A stretch of 63,897 nt of DNA, filler included, from Trichomonas gallinae (lineage: Eukaryota): the NCBI GenBank assembly GCA_008369845.1. It is 9 parts of 9 records of this genome, joined end to end, with 100 filler letters (N's around TTAATTAATTAA, not from the genome) between each part and the next. Parts side by side here need not be neighbours in the genome. Positions count along the whole stretch, not along the records: positions 31,495 to 44,560 come from MRSU01001187.1; positions 44,661 to 53,469 come from MRSU01001189.1; 7 more parts are not named here. One strand, 5' to 3'. Shown here piece by piece: positions 34,801-46,028 of this stretch. The translations under genes were made by a program, and so were the position numbers. A model generated the notes under the pieces. It was given only the letters and a program-made list of their open reading frames with translations. It made no database searches and had not been told where the DNA came from. Within the stretch, counting starts at the first letter, position 1, and the number at the start of each line of letters is the position of its first letter.

Positions 34801-35111
34801 TTCACAAGCCTCATATGCTCAACGCTGGCTTCAATACCAAGAAGGCTAAGCTTAACGATCACCTCATCGCATTCTCATTCGTCGAAAGCGCTAACACTGG
34901 TGTTATGGTCATTACTCAAGTCAAGTTTAATAAGGGTGAATGGATGAACATGAATAGTGCTTATCAAGTTCAAAACCCAGCAAAGCCTATGGCTTGGTAC
35001 TACACAATTACAAACTTAGCGAAAGGAGACCATTCAGTTGAGTTCCGCGTAGTTGATCAAGATGGCTTGCCATCCGATAATACTATCAAACGCACAATTC
35101 ACATCGAGTAA
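31863..35111 (+). CDS. Secreted Bap-like/Ig-like repeat protein, paralogue 1 (1082 aa)
   Basis: Short signal peptide (MLAFLGY). Two halves, each a beta-rich domain (FDLGVFAD..DDDA...RG...PFF...FSW) followed by about three Ig-like domains (..IWALDDSG.., ..VVDQDGLPS). No TM helix. Confidence 0.8.
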   Translation: MLAFLGYHALSKASIINSSPSKSEAIFNLVYQNDGKEQSLTHDKSGFYVGIRRWVGAAPSETTDLLSKSKAVNDLTITPSVEPVSGEDATQVKLKIKNTGTSYIKFDLGVFADASFGTDDDAVVIPRTDARGFYIQNKQEQNNMCTFIVKGQYFPSVNTIYIGTDDKAKYKDPSHYPFFQDDHSKQSNGDSVFGFSWKRITLEANQEIDLGFLVIIGNKVDLRPVIEDLTVKPEHGYDPAKPVELYFKAANYEENQDVKVTITIDDQVVKEETFSPKASSNYEKRFTVSVTLGDKKSAKYTAKAVEVKEGKFSQVSGEIKATKIPKLVITKVPEKKYKKGQQIKISGYVEDEAYATLYYQFDIETEATLSQLQTVTGNKLMFDDLTIFQNYESKSTHYLYIWALDDSGSKSNTFNFEFEIEPAHDPTIYSAYCSDRKVFKGQHVVIYGEADDPDVGQTLTVSVQHKFRGEFVQIGNFTVQNSLIPFAFFYTIPDLPTGNGKQLNVKVEDPDKGNDLYVKIYIDVYDPSKPQKPPGLGNFTNEFENLLGNDENTDACFNPYFKPNAQVIDNPITNNELGIFAAYRKRDLAIGTWRLPSQTKLIYGNKDKMDKSYGPDDKLRITPFTRYEDVTGYFQLCWNVTNLGYFKEYFDLGCFYDSLLEDNDNNTIIPREDGRGISLYNFVNRNLADISYTILWKDYGNLPSISTFSLMPTKVGDGGYIDPADMPFFNSSHKYPEGNAMVAFSWQNCEINGGETLTFGVTFAPAANIKTPTRIIDQTNVENGIAEAGKDINLNFQISDGDVGETIHIKLTVNGTNVIVDKDYNVTSNAIIISENVKVGTVGKYFTYELVAQDTDKRFVTKKVNTLPLTQQPVLLLDKQGMKSKYFRGYLPLTIKGTVVDDDTVVIKYAFDNGRDLVAGKVGPKKDGTFEFNVSYPEELKNGKHFMDVWAEDEYGIRTSQIRDLKNVNTSRVVFEIADLHKPHMLNAGFNTKKAKLNDHLIAFSFVESANTGVMVITQVKFNKGEWMNMNSAYQVQNPAKPMAWYYTITNLAKGDHSVEFRVVDQDGLPSDNTIKRTIHIE

Positions 35112-37575
35112 ATTTCAGTCAAAAATTAAATGTAATATGTGTTAAACATAGTATTAAAGAATAGTATATATAATATTATCTCTTACCTGATCATGACGAA
35201 CTAAAAGCTTGAATGATTTTGGAAAAATTATTATTTGTTTCACAGATTGTGTAGCCGCTCTTGTTTCCTGTTTTTTGCCTGAATTACACATCAGTTAACT
35301 GGTGGTGATTCCGTTTTTCGATCAGTTTTGATGACTTTCCAATTTAAACCTTTTTTACGATTATTTTGGAATTCCATATGCATATATCAATAGCAATGTC
35401 AATACTGACCATGAAAAATTATTCCAAATATGTGTTTTTTCAAGGTTTGTTTCTCAATCCGAAAATCTTATTTTATTTGAACGAATTATTGAAGAACGAC
35501 CATAAATATGTATAAAATGGGCTGTTTTTCATGTTCAAATTATGTAAAAACCCTATGACAAAGGACATCAATCATATTTAGTAATCGTTTCGACTGATTA
35601 CCTTCATCAATCCAATATATAGCCTTATTGGAATGCCTGGGATAAAGGACAACGACTTCATTTTGTAATTTCGTTATCGGCTGTCATTCAATCATGCCTT
35701 TGATCATCTTGTTAAAGCACCATACGCAATCATGGCCGAGTAGATGATTAAATGGTCTCGCGAAAGCATTTTGCAGGAAAAAAAAATTGATCGAAAATAA
35801 TTATCGTTTTTTGCAATCCTTGCATATTGCGCAAATATGAGTTAAAATGGAGGTGATTTAAGATTCCGCTTAGATTTCCTTCTAGAAGGGGTTTAAAATA
35901 TTGAGGAAATGGAGAAATGATTTCCAAGTCGCCTAAATCTTACCGATAGGGTGCACTTTTGATATAACTCATTAACGGCGGAGAACTTGTTGGAGAATAT
36001 TAAATTTCAATATTCGTTCTATAAAAGTCGAATAGAACAGGCTGCATGCATATCCACATGTTCTATGAGAAGCTACTTTAATGAAATCCGATATAGCTAA
36101 ACCCCAAAAAATCACTCTGTAGCGAGTTGCATTTCATCTTTTGGTGAAATAACATCGATGCTTTCCAATCTACATAACAATACATACCTCAATTAATATC
36201 ATGCACGCTCGATTCATGCCAGTGGAATATGTAATTTATTCCACATCCATGGTTTTACCCTTCTCGGGTTTTAACAAATAATAGCAAACAATATATAAAT
36301 AAAGACTATTACATGCAACTTACCACCCACAACGATTTAATTTGTTCTAATATTATTCTGCATAATATAACAGGAGAATAGCCCAAACTTGCTATGACCC
36401 GATACATTTTTGAGTGACATGGTGACAAAGTCCCAAATCTCATATTACAGAAAAATATGTTATAAGGTTGAGATGGTGTAAATCGATTTGTTGTTCGGTT
36501 TTATATATTACTCCTATGGGGTATCCCGATTATGATAATCATGTTGGCATTCGTTTATATACATTTTTTTTTATGAAAAATGGATTCAACGGAGAAATAA
36601 AAAAAAAAATATTCCTTACACCATTTCCACTATTTATTAATTGGTTTATTTAGATCACCTGATGATTTTAAACCTATAAAAAGTTTTGCATTAATAATAT
36701 TAAAAAAATGATGGGTTGATAAATATATTTATATTGGTCATATGGTTAATATTTGTTGATAAAATTAGCCAATAAATTATTGAAATAATTTATGTAGATT
36801 GAGAAGGGATTAATAAATTGATTGGCTTGTAAATTTGGTCGTAATTCATACATATTTTTAACTATGAATAAGTTAATAATTAGTTTAGAAAATTGTAGAT
36901 CACTTTGATTAAAAATATATCGTCACATAAATTCATTTTTCTGCATCTGAATTCCCATATTAATGCATTAAAAAAACTTTGAATATCGATTTTTTTTTCG
37001 GTGGACGAATTCAGCATCGTATTATTATTGTCCGCAGATGCTGTAGAACTAATATTTTCGGAATTCAAATTTTCCTTAGAAAGCAGAATTAGGGTTTTAT
37101 ACCTTAATCAATAATATATCAAATTTGAAGATAAAATAATTACAAACCAGGCAAAAATTTAATCGACATTAAATTTGATAGCTAAAATCGCGATTCAAAC
37201 CAAAACTTCACATTTTAATCAGTGCACAATGCATATCAATATATTTCGAATTTATTGATTGAACAATCTTCTTTCAAACCTGTTTTGTGAGAATTCACAA
37301 TTTATTTCAATGGAAAAGCACTCAAATGAATAGTCAATATTCATACTTGGAAGTGATAATATTAATGTTTTACGATTGAGTCCAACTTTTATATGGACAA
37401 CTTGTTTTTTTAAAACAAGAACAACCAATATCGCATCAGCTTTGCTCCAGGCCTTCAGTTGTTGATAGATTTTGATGGGCCTTTTATCCCTCAAATCTTT
37501 CTATTTCAATAATTGTGATAGGTTGTCAAATAACCGATTTATCTTTGAGAACTCGGATAAAATCATAATTTTTTA

Positions 37576-40500
37576 ATGTTTGCATTCTTGCGTCTCGTCA
37601 CTGCAGCTAATCCAAGAGTGGAATTTAAAGATTCACCAAAACAAGATGATGCTGCATTTGATGTATGGTATTACTCAGGTAGTAATAAAAAGTCATCGCT
37701 TACAATGAATGATGCAGGCCACTACCTTGGCATTAGAACTTACAATGGGGAAACCCCAGGAGCAACAAATCTTAAACATCATGGTAAATCCCTCACAGTT
37801 GATGGATTAACTGTTGGTGTAACTTATGAAGATCTAGCACTCAAGAGGAAAACAAGTTCGGGACAATGGAGCAACCAAAATTATCTTAAAATCAATTTTA
37901 CAGTTACAAGCAATGCTAATTCTGCCAAGAGATTTGATCTTGGTGTTTTTGCTGACTCTGCTTTTGCTTCATCTGATGATGCACAGCTTAATGTCAGGGA
38001 TGACAAGAGAGGTGTTCAGATCACCAACCCCGGAAATACTGGTATGAGAGCCACATATGTTCTTAAAGGTCAATACTTCCCTGATGTTGATACAATTTAT
38101 ATTGGCGAAGATAGCACCACAGATTATCAAGATCACACACATTATCCATTCTTCCAAAATAATGAAAAGGCTCCTCCTGCCAAGAAGGACACTGTTTTAG
38201 CCTTCTCATGGCTGAACAAAACAATTTATCCAGAGCAATCACTTTCATTTGGCTTCCTTTTCGTCCAAGGTGATACCGTTGATCTTCCTCCTTTTGTTGT
38301 CGATAAGACATCTCCAAAAGAGATCCAGAAAGGCCAACAAGGTACAATCACTGTTGAAGTTGCTAACTACGAAGAGCAATCAATTGAATTCAAGCTTTTC
38401 CTCGATGGTTCAGAAACAGCTGCTCTTGAGCAAACCTACCAAACTAAAAAAGCCGAAAACTTTGCTCACAATTTCACACACAAAGTTTCCTTGCAAAATG
38501 GTGCTAAGATATTAAAATACAAGGCCTATGCTGTAGATCCAAGTGGTATCAAATCCAATGAGATCAGTGGAGAATTAGTCGAAGCAGGTTCTCAAGCCCC
38601 AACCGTGACAATCACATCCGAAAATGGACGTAAATTTGATCCAACCGACTTATTTATTGTTGAAGGTAGAATTTCTAATGAGGGTTCAGCAACACTTTAT
38701 TACAAATTTGATAACCTTCAAGAAAAGGAGTGGCTTCAATTTAATGATTTGACTAGTGCGGGCCTAGAATACAAAATTCAAGTAGCTATCACAAGATCAC
38801 TTACAAGTGGCGATCATACAATAACCGTTTGGGCAATTGATGATCAGACACATCAGAAATCCCAAGAGGTTATATGCACATTCAAGATAAACCCACCACC
38901 AGGTCCAATAGTTTATTCAGCTTATCCATCCGAATTTAGGGTTCAACCAGGAAAGCAAATCATTATTTTCGGTGAAGCCAATGATCCAAATAAGGGACAA
39001 ACTATCGACATCAAATGTCAGTTTGGCGAGATAAAACAACCAGAATTCATCGGTCAAATTAAAGCTGGTGAACCTCTTGATCCATTTGCTTACTTGTACA
39101 CAATCCCAGATGTTAATCCAGGCAAGTATGTCATCCATATTACTGCTAATGATGGGGATTACACTTCACCAGAAGTTAACTTCACTGTTCAAGTTGTTGG
39201 CAAAGATCGCGATGTTGTTGATTATGCAAACTTCACAGATAAGTCAAATGTTAATTTAGAATCTGATTCTAATGCAACGTTCGATATATACTACACACAT
39301 CAGAAGAGAGAACACGGCCTTACTTATTTCGACAGTGGTGTCTTTTCTGCATTTAAAGTTCATGGTAAAGAAGATATCAATCTGATTAAATATATTGAAA
39401 ATAATCAAAAGGTTGTCGATAAAATAAACGTGACAGCCTACACAAGATATGAAGAACAAACTGGTTTCTTCCAGATCGTATGGAGGGTTCACAATGACAA
39501 TTATCTTCCAAAGACAATTGATCTCGGTGTATTTTATGATTCCGAATTATCATTTAATGATAACAACACTATGGAAATCAGAAATGATGGAAGAGGTATC
39601 AGAATGTTAGATTATGATCCAAATGAGAAGGCAGCGATAAGTTACAATCTTTTCTTAAAAGACTATGGCAACTATCCAAGTGTAGACTCATGGTATTTAA
39701 AGCCAGTTGAGAAAAATACAGAAACTGATAGAGTACCTATAGAAAAGATGCCTTTCTTTAAGAATTCTGATGACATAGAGCAAAATGGAAATGCTATGAT
39801 TGCATTCTCATGGAATAATAGAGTTATTGGTGGTGGACAAACAGTCGAGTTTGTTGCAACATTTGTTGGAGACTTTGATGCCTTCGATCCAACATATGTT
39901 AAAGATTATACTAACCGACCAGAATATCTTATATATGGTCAAACGTTAGCTATTAATTTAGTTATTGCCGATAAAGATATTGGTCAGCAACTCAAACTCA
40001 AGGTTACTGTCAACGATACAGTCTATGAAGAAATTGTTACAATCGATGAATATGGCTATGGCTATTGGAGTGGAAGTGTTGTAATCGTAGAAGGAATGCA
40101 TTACGTGCGCTATACTTGCCAGGCAACCGATATCTTAGATCCAAGGTCTGTTTCCCCCTTACTCAATGTTACAATTCCAGTCGGAGGACCTCCAGAGATG
40201 CACTTATATGAGAAATACATGAAACCCAGATACTTCGTTAATGACACAATTAAGATTTCAGGTTGGGGTACCGATGAAGAGGCCTTTACTATCGAATACT
40301 CCTTTGATGCAGCCAATTATCAGCCATGTGGTCCACCTATGTCTTCCATTTACGGAATATATAACTCTTTCGAATACAATATTCCAATTCCATCCGAACT
40401 CGCAGTTGGTGAAACTCACTACCTTATGGTCAGAATTGTAGATCCATATGGTTTCTCTCAATATATGTTAGATCCAGAGTATGATGGCCATCCATTCATG

Positions 40501-40836
40501 CTTATTGAAAAGAACCCACCTGTTTTGCTCAAGGCTGGCTTCAACACTAAGGTCGCCAAGCCAGGCCAGAAATTGATTGCATACGCAATGGTTCAGCATC
40601 GCTTATCAGATATATCTGTTACAACACAGGTTAAGTTCAGTGGAAGTGACAGTTGGGTTGACTCCAAGAAGCAAGTTTTTACTTCTGACCCACCAAAACC
40701 ATTCGCCTGGTATGTTGATATTCCAAGTACTCTCGCTGCTGGAACATACACCGTGGACATCCGCGCCGTTGATGAAGACGGTTTGATCTCAGAAAGGACA
40801 CTCGGACAAACTATTCAGATTAATCAACTTCAATAA
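37576..40836 (+). CDS. Secreted Bap-like/Ig-like repeat protein, paralogue 2 (1086 aa)
   Basis: Colinear with 31863..35111 (FDLGVFADSAF, KGQYFP, HYPFFQ, ANYEE, TRYE..TG.FQ, GNAM.AFSW, AGFNTK.AK, KP.AWY). Inr-like TCATA upstream. Confidence 0.8.
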   Translation: MFAFLRLVTAANPRVEFKDSPKQDDAAFDVWYYSGSNKKSSLTMNDAGHYLGIRTYNGETPGATNLKHHGKSLTVDGLTVGVTYEDLALKRKTSSGQWSNQNYLKINFTVTSNANSAKRFDLGVFADSAFASSDDAQLNVRDDKRGVQITNPGNTGMRATYVLKGQYFPDVDTIYIGEDSTTDYQDHTHYPFFQNNEKAPPAKKDTVLAFSWLNKTIYPEQSLSFGFLFVQGDTVDLPPFVVDKTSPKEIQKGQQGTITVEVANYEEQSIEFKLFLDGSETAALEQTYQTKKAENFAHNFTHKVSLQNGAKILKYKAYAVDPSGIKSNEISGELVEAGSQAPTVTITSENGRKFDPTDLFIVEGRISNEGSATLYYKFDNLQEKEWLQFNDLTSAGLEYKIQVAITRSLTSGDHTITVWAIDDQTHQKSQEVICTFKINPPPGPIVYSAYPSEFRVQPGKQIIIFGEANDPNKGQTIDIKCQFGEIKQPEFIGQIKAGEPLDPFAYLYTIPDVNPGKYVIHITANDGDYTSPEVNFTVQVVGKDRDVVDYANFTDKSNVNLESDSNATFDIYYTHQKREHGLTYFDSGVFSAFKVHGKEDINLIKYIENNQKVVDKINVTAYTRYEEQTGFFQIVWRVHNDNYLPKTIDLGVFYDSELSFNDNNTMEIRNDGRGIRMLDYDPNEKAAISYNLFLKDYGNYPSVDSWYLKPVEKNTETDRVPIEKMPFFKNSDDIEQNGNAMIAFSWNNRVIGGGQTVEFVATFVGDFDAFDPTYVKDYTNRPEYLIYGQTLAINLVIADKDIGQQLKLKVTVNDTVYEEIVTIDEYGYGYWSGSVVIVEGMHYVRYTCQATDILDPRSVSPLLNVTIPVGGPPEMHLYEKYMKPRYFVNDTIKISGWGTDEEAFTIEYSFDAANYQPCGPPMSSIYGIYNSFEYNIPIPSELAVGETHYLMVRIVDPYGFSQYMLDPEYDGHPFMLIEKNPPVLLKAGFNTKVAKPGQKLIAYAMVQHRLSDISVTTQVKFSGSDSWVDSKKQVFTSDPPKPFAWYVDIPSTLAAGTYTVDIRAVDEDGLISERTLGQTIQINQLQ

Positions 40837-41924
40837 AATCTAATATCTCTTTAAGAACTTTTTTTCTGTCAAAATTAGCATATTTCGCTAAGGTATTGTC
40901 CCTAATCCTTAAAGATATTGTAAATAAATATCCGGCATTTTATAAAAATTTTATAAATTGTGAATAGGCGAAAGGAGTCATTTTTTTTAATTTTTTCGCT
41001 TATGGAATTTGATAAAAGCTGGTACATAAGTTATATTACAATATCATATATTCCAGAATTGTATTTTATTATCTTCCAGACTCGATTTTATCTTCCAAAG
41101 TTGCATCCCTGGCATATCTCTATAAAATTTATATGTACCCATAATACTTAGACCTTAAAATATTCCAAGAAGATTTCTTCGTATTCGAATTTTTCAAAAA
41201 ATGAAGGATTTTACAAGATAAATCAATATGTATTGTATTATTGAAGAGCAAAGACATAGGTTTATGAAAATTTGATAAATAAAATAGAAATAAGTAAGAC
41301 ATTTGTCAATAGAGACTATCAGGCTGAGTTATAATTGTAATCTAGAATATGTTTTTGCGCAATGAGGCTTAAAATAATGATTGTCTAAGAGTCACAAAAA
41401 ATATCGAAGGAAAAATAATAAAAAAACGAATAAATAATCGAAAAACCGTGGAGTCTATGGCTCGTACTGATGGAGCATGCTAAAATAATGTAATGTCATA
41501 ATTTTATTCATTAGATGGAATATTGTAGCCAACGATTATTTTACATTCAATTTGTCGCATTTCGTAAAACTTATCAAAATCATAGCATCGTTTGTGTATC
41601 ATAAATCGATATATAAGATTCATTCACGAGCATAATTTGAATGCATTCAAATTTGAAATGTTTATTAATTTTAGCTTGTGTTTTGATATTATAAACTGGT
41701 TATTATTATATCAATTTTATTCAAAATCATTGATTATTCACAAATTCAAAATAAAAATAACATATAGCATTGATATATAGCATGCAATTCGATTAATCAG
41801 TAACTTTGCCATAAAAAATTTTTGTCCGAAAATATTGTTCATTGATCATATATATTAATAATCCATAAAAATAAAGAAGTATTGAAAATTCAGGACCATT
41901 GTCAAATTCGAATAAAAAAGAAAA

Positions 41925-42260
41925 ATGCTCGCTTTGTTAAGTGCTTTCGCTGCATCTAAGCTTAACTTCGCAGAAAAACAGTTCCCATTCAAGTTCCCAA
42001 AGCTTGTTAAGGAAACACCAGTCGCAGGCACAACCCCAACACCAAATTCATCAAAAGTCGGTCCAGAGGAAAAGAAAGAATTAATCATCATCGCCGTCCT
42101 TACAGTTCTCTTCGTTGGCCTCGTTCTTACAATCGTTATTGTCTTATTCCTTTGGTATCGTAACAATAAGAAACAAGCCAAAGAAGAAGAAGAAAAGTCT
42201 ATGCCATCTTCTGTTGCTGGTGGCAGTGGAAGGAGGAAGGAAACATACTTCGAGGCTTAA
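41925..42260 (+). CDS. Small single-pass membrane protein (111 aa)
   Basis: Signal peptide (MLALLSAFAA), short P/T-rich ectodomain, TM helix (LIIIAVLTVLFVGLVLTIVIVLFLWY), charged cytosolic tail. Confidence 0.8.
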   Translation: MLALLSAFAASKLNFAEKQFPFKFPKLVKETPVAGTTPTPNSSKVGPEEKKELIIIAVLTVLFVGLVLTIVIVLFLWYRNNKKQAKEEEEKSMPSSVAGGSGRRKETYFEA

Positions 42261-43086
42261 ATTTTTTTTATATAAACGGAGTTTTATTCTGGGATTAAAT
42301 AATTATATTTAGGTCATTATTGATTTACGAATAAAATTTCGCTAGCTATAACATACTAAACTAAAATCCGAGCTCTCGAAAAGAGATTCTTGGTTAATTT
42401 TTGCAATCGTTGTGTAACTAAATTACTTAATTTTTAAAAACGCTAATTTTGTTAAATTTATGTTACCATACTTATATATTGCCTATATTTCAAGTCGATT
42501 TCGAAAACGATTTTTTCAAAATAGATTTTATAATAAATTTTTTCCAAAAACGTAATTTATGGATATTATCTGCTGCTATCATTAAATATCAAGTTTTCGT
42601 GTCCTGTCATGAATTATAATTGCCCCTGGTATTTTTTCCCAGCCCCTAAGCTAAGATAAAATGCCAGTTATCAAACGCGCATACTGTTCATTAAATCAAT
42701 AGTATATCTGATATAGTTACTAAATATCACAACAAATTTGCTTAAATCTCAAAATTCAAAAATGAGAAATGAAATATTATGTTATATTGGCTGATGACGT
42801 TTAGATATATCATCTGCTTCTCGATTCTAATCTATATCGAAAACCTATGCTTCCAATATTAACTTTTTTTTTCTGTCATTCCCCATATGTTTCATTTTGA
42901 ATGATAAAATTCAATCTTCTCTTATTGTTATATGATGATATGCATTTTGTGAGTTTGCTGGTAGCTGCTGGACTGTTTTTCATCGAATAATTTTATAATT
43001 TTATTGAAATAGCAAAAATTATGAAAAAAGAGATAGTTATGCTAATATTTCTCAGAGGTCTAACTCTAAGAAGGCTAAAATATTGT

Positions 43087-44199
43087 TTAGAGTGGAAGAT
43101 GGTTGATGATCTGTGTGGAAAGGTTCTCTGGTGTGCGTGGCTGAGCGGCTACTGCTTCAGCAAAGACAGCCTTGACTACCTCTGGGGATGTGCGCTTAGC
43201 TTCTTGAGCAGCACGAAGCTCGGCGACTTCCTTAAGAGCCTTTGTCCAATCATCGCAAGCACCAGCGGAGAGCTTCTTGCAGCAGCGAGACTTTGGAAGT
43301 GGGACGACCTCATTCTTCTCGTTGAGAACTGACTGGACAGCATCGGAAACGATAACAGCATCAATATCATGGTTTGTCATGATTGAGCGTGGGAGTGTGA
43401 AGCGCTTCTTGGCCTCGTAGATAGAATCGAGAGCCTTGAAAGCGGACTCTGTCCAAACTGTGAGGCGGCCGACCTGGGCTGCTGGAGCAAGCTTAGCAAG
43501 GGAAAGTGCTCTAACGTTGATTGTCTCGACGCCTGGGATGTTGCGGAAGGCCTTAACGATGCCCTTGTCCTCGTTGTAGATGACAAGTGGGCCCTTCTTT
43601 GACTTGTAGGCGGAGCGGCGGAACTTGCCCTTGGATGAGCGGTGGACTGGCTGGTCAAGAACACGCTGGACATCGCCGTAAACGCCAACCTTCTTGAGAA
43701 GTTCGACAGCATCGCGTGTGCGCTTGATCTCCTGAGCGGCATCGACGACAACAATTGGGACTTCTTTGATTTCGCCGAGGAAGTGGCCGCGAGCCTGAAC
43801 GAGTGGAACGACAGCTGTAGCAGCGATTGCGGAGGCGATAGCGAACTTGCGCTGGCGGGATGGGACTGGGCGGAACCAGCGGCGCTGAAGGTTTGGTGGG
43901 GCAAAACGGTGGCCGCCACGGCAGAAGTTAGCGTAAGCACCTTGGCCGTTCCTGTTTGAGCCAGATCCGTTAACACGGGGAACACGAGCCTTAGCGCGGC
44001 CTGTGCCCCAAGAGATGGCGGAAACCTTCTTACCGGCCTTTGGGTCTGTGCCGTATGGTTGCTGAGAATTCTTGGAAAGATTTACGAAAACCTCCTTAAC
44101 GACTTCAGCACGGATTGGTGTGTTGAAGACCTTTGGGAGTTCGATTGTTGAGGCCTTTGCGCCTTGTGCATCGAAGACATTGACTGTGTGGTGAGACAT
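43087..44199 (-). CDS. RPL4: 60S ribosomal protein L4 (uL4)
   Basis: SAISWGTGRAKARVPRV, GQGAYANFCRGGHRFAPP, KGPLVIY, FRNIPGVE, LAPAAQVGRLTVWTESAF; strong high-expression codon bias. Confidence 0.98.
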   Translation of the reverse strand: MSHHTVNVFDAQGAKASTIELPKVFNTPIRAEVVKEVFVNLSKNSQQPYGTDPKAGKKVSAISWGTGRAKARVPRVNGSGSNRNGQGAYANFCRGGHRFAPPNLQRRWFRPVPSRQRKFAIASAIAATAVVPLVQARGHFLGEIKEVPIVVVDAAQEIKRTRDAVELLKKVGVYGDVQRVLDQPVHRSSKGKFRRSAYKSKKGPLVIYNEDKGIVKAFRNIPGVETINVRALSLAKLAPAAQVGRLTVWTESAFKALDSIYEAKKRFTLPRSIMTNHDIDAVIVSDAVQSVLNEKNEVVPLPKSRCCKKLSAGACDDWTKALKEVAELRAAQEAKRTSPEVVKAVFAEAVAAQPRTPENLSTQIINHLPL

Positions 44200-44212
44200 C
44201 TTAGTAAAGAAG

Positions 44213-44217
44213 AAAGG
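44213..44217 (-). promoter_or_regulatory. M5-type core promoter element (CCTTT) upstream of RPL4
   Basis: Minus strand reads GGTCCTTTCTTCTTTACTAAGATG. CCTTT is known to replace Inr in many trichomonad ribosomal-protein genes. Confidence 0.6.
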
Positions 44218-44560
44218 ACCAAACCGAAAAATCGCCTCAAATTATTTGAATTTGTCAAAAATATTTCTACTTTTATTGGATATTTAAATACAAATAATGT
44301 TACTAATCAAATATTATGTAATAATTTAAATTTTGTCATGTAAATATTTCAAGTCAACAGCGCAATATCATTGTCACAATTAAAATCATAACGGACCTAA
44401 AACCGAAGTCTTTTTGGAGCACAGAAATGCTTTAAGGCTGCATTCTTGTGACCAATATATGAATCACTCCTGTGTGTATTGACTAGCTATCAGTCTTGGC
44501 ACATGATTAATTGCGCAATTAGATATTAGAATTTTATTTTGATACCCTTTGTTTTCACTG

Positions 44561-44660
44561 NNNNNNNNNNNNNNNNNNNNNNNNNNNNNNNNNNNNNNNN
44601 NNNNTTAATTAATTAANNNNNNNNNNNNNNNNNNNNNNNNNNNNNNNNNNNNNNNNNNNN
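44561..44660. other. Artificial contig linker
   Basis: 44N-TTAATTAATTAA-44N. Confidence 0.97.
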
Positions 44661-44661
44661 T

Positions 44662-45234
44662 TCATCCATTTCTAATCGTGTTGACTCATATCTAGTAAAG
44701 AAAAACTTTGAAAATTTATCAAAGCTGCATAAATCTTATGTAAACTTTGATAAAATTTATGCAATTTTCGAAAAAATGTCTAAAGAAAATGATTTTGTAT
44801 CCGCAAAACTTGCTGTTAAAGCTGGATATCACAAAGTAACTGATAAAGGTACAAATCATACTATTGTCGCATTTGCTGGATTTAAAAATAACTTTGATCT
44901 TGTCAAGCTTCTTGTTGATTGCGGTGTTGATCCATCCGAAAATGGAGAAGGTTGTTACAATGCGCTACATTGGTTTTGTTATAATAATAACTTTACTGCA
45001 GTTAAATATTTTTGTGAACTTCCTTGGGTAAACAGAATTGCACCATCAAAATATAAATGGTCGTTATTACATGTAGCAAGTTATCTTGACAATTATGATA
45101 TATGCGAATATCTCCTTACAAAAAGTGATGTTGATGTTAATATGAGAAATAAAGATGATGGAAAAACACCTTTATCTGTTGCCAAATCTGACAAAGTTCG
45201 AAACCTTCTCAAATCACACGGAGCTGTCTTATAA
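44662..45234 (+). CDS. Ankyrin repeat protein, probably 5'-partial
   Basis: Ankyrin motifs (NALHWFC, SLLHVAS, DVNMRNKDDGKTPL, LLKSHGA). The frame is open from 44662 at the contig edge, upstream of the ATG at 44776. Confidence 0.85.
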   Translation, partial: SSISNRVDSYLVKKNFENLSKLHKSYVNFDKIYAIFEKMSKENDFVSAKLAVKAGYHKVTDKGTNHTIVAFAGFKNNFDLVKLLVDCGVDPSENGEGCYNALHWFCYNNNFTAVKYFCELPWVNRIAPSKYKWSLLHVASYLDNYDICEYLLTKSDVDVNMRNKDDGKTPLSVAKSDKVRNLLKSHGAVL

Positions 45235-46028
45235 TTTAAACAATAATTACTCCAATGAATTTTAAATAAGGTAAAAAGATATTGATATTATTTGTCAATT
45301 TTATCAATATATTAGCCTAATTTTGCTTTTTCTTGCATTATTCTCCCTTTTTATGATATCTTCTAACTTTATAGATGCAGATATTTTTGAATTTACAAGT
45401 TAATTCGATCCTAAACATATTTTTGTGTTGATAATTGGACCAAAGATTTTGATATTAGAGCTTATTGACTGTTTATTGCATGTGCTTGGAACTCTTATAG
45501 CGAATGGCAGCGATAAGCAAGGTTTTTTCCTGTGAAAGCAGCATTAATATCAGTGCATCAATTGTTAATGTACACTGATGAATTTGTGTGATATATATAT
45601 CTAAAGCGCCTCTAACTTGAAAAGAATTTGAGATAAATGCAATAAATTGCAGAATCTTCCCAAATGAACACAATAATGTTATTTTCACAATCTATTTTGA
45701 ATGCTGATAAGTGTGCAACTGACCATTGTGAGAATATCGAGTTAGATGAGAATTTGAATAAGTTTTGTTTTGGTTCATGGTTGTAAATGGAATGTACGTG
45801 CTGATGTTTTATTTGATGTTTTGAAAGGTGTGTACACCTAAAATCGCATGATTTTGATAATATGAAATTTCATTTTCTGCCAAAATTGTTGAAATCACAA
45901 TTGATTCAGTTATAATATCTCCTCTAGGTCATAGTTTGAATGCTATAAGTGCATTTACAAATTTTTGACAAATAAATTTTGGTGTCAAATTTTATTGTCA
46001 GATTTTAAGTCGAATTTTTTTTTTCATT

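Noticed and set aside
35160..37570. Short ORFs between the two Bap-like genes
   Set aside because: All are 80 aa or shorter, low-complexity and without motifs; possibly decayed gene remnants but not supportable.
43021..43985. Long alternative-frame and antisense ORFs over RPL4 (likewise over LysRS, the cyclase and the Bap-like genes)
   Set aside because: Shadow ORFs produced by strong codon bias; no protein-like motifs.
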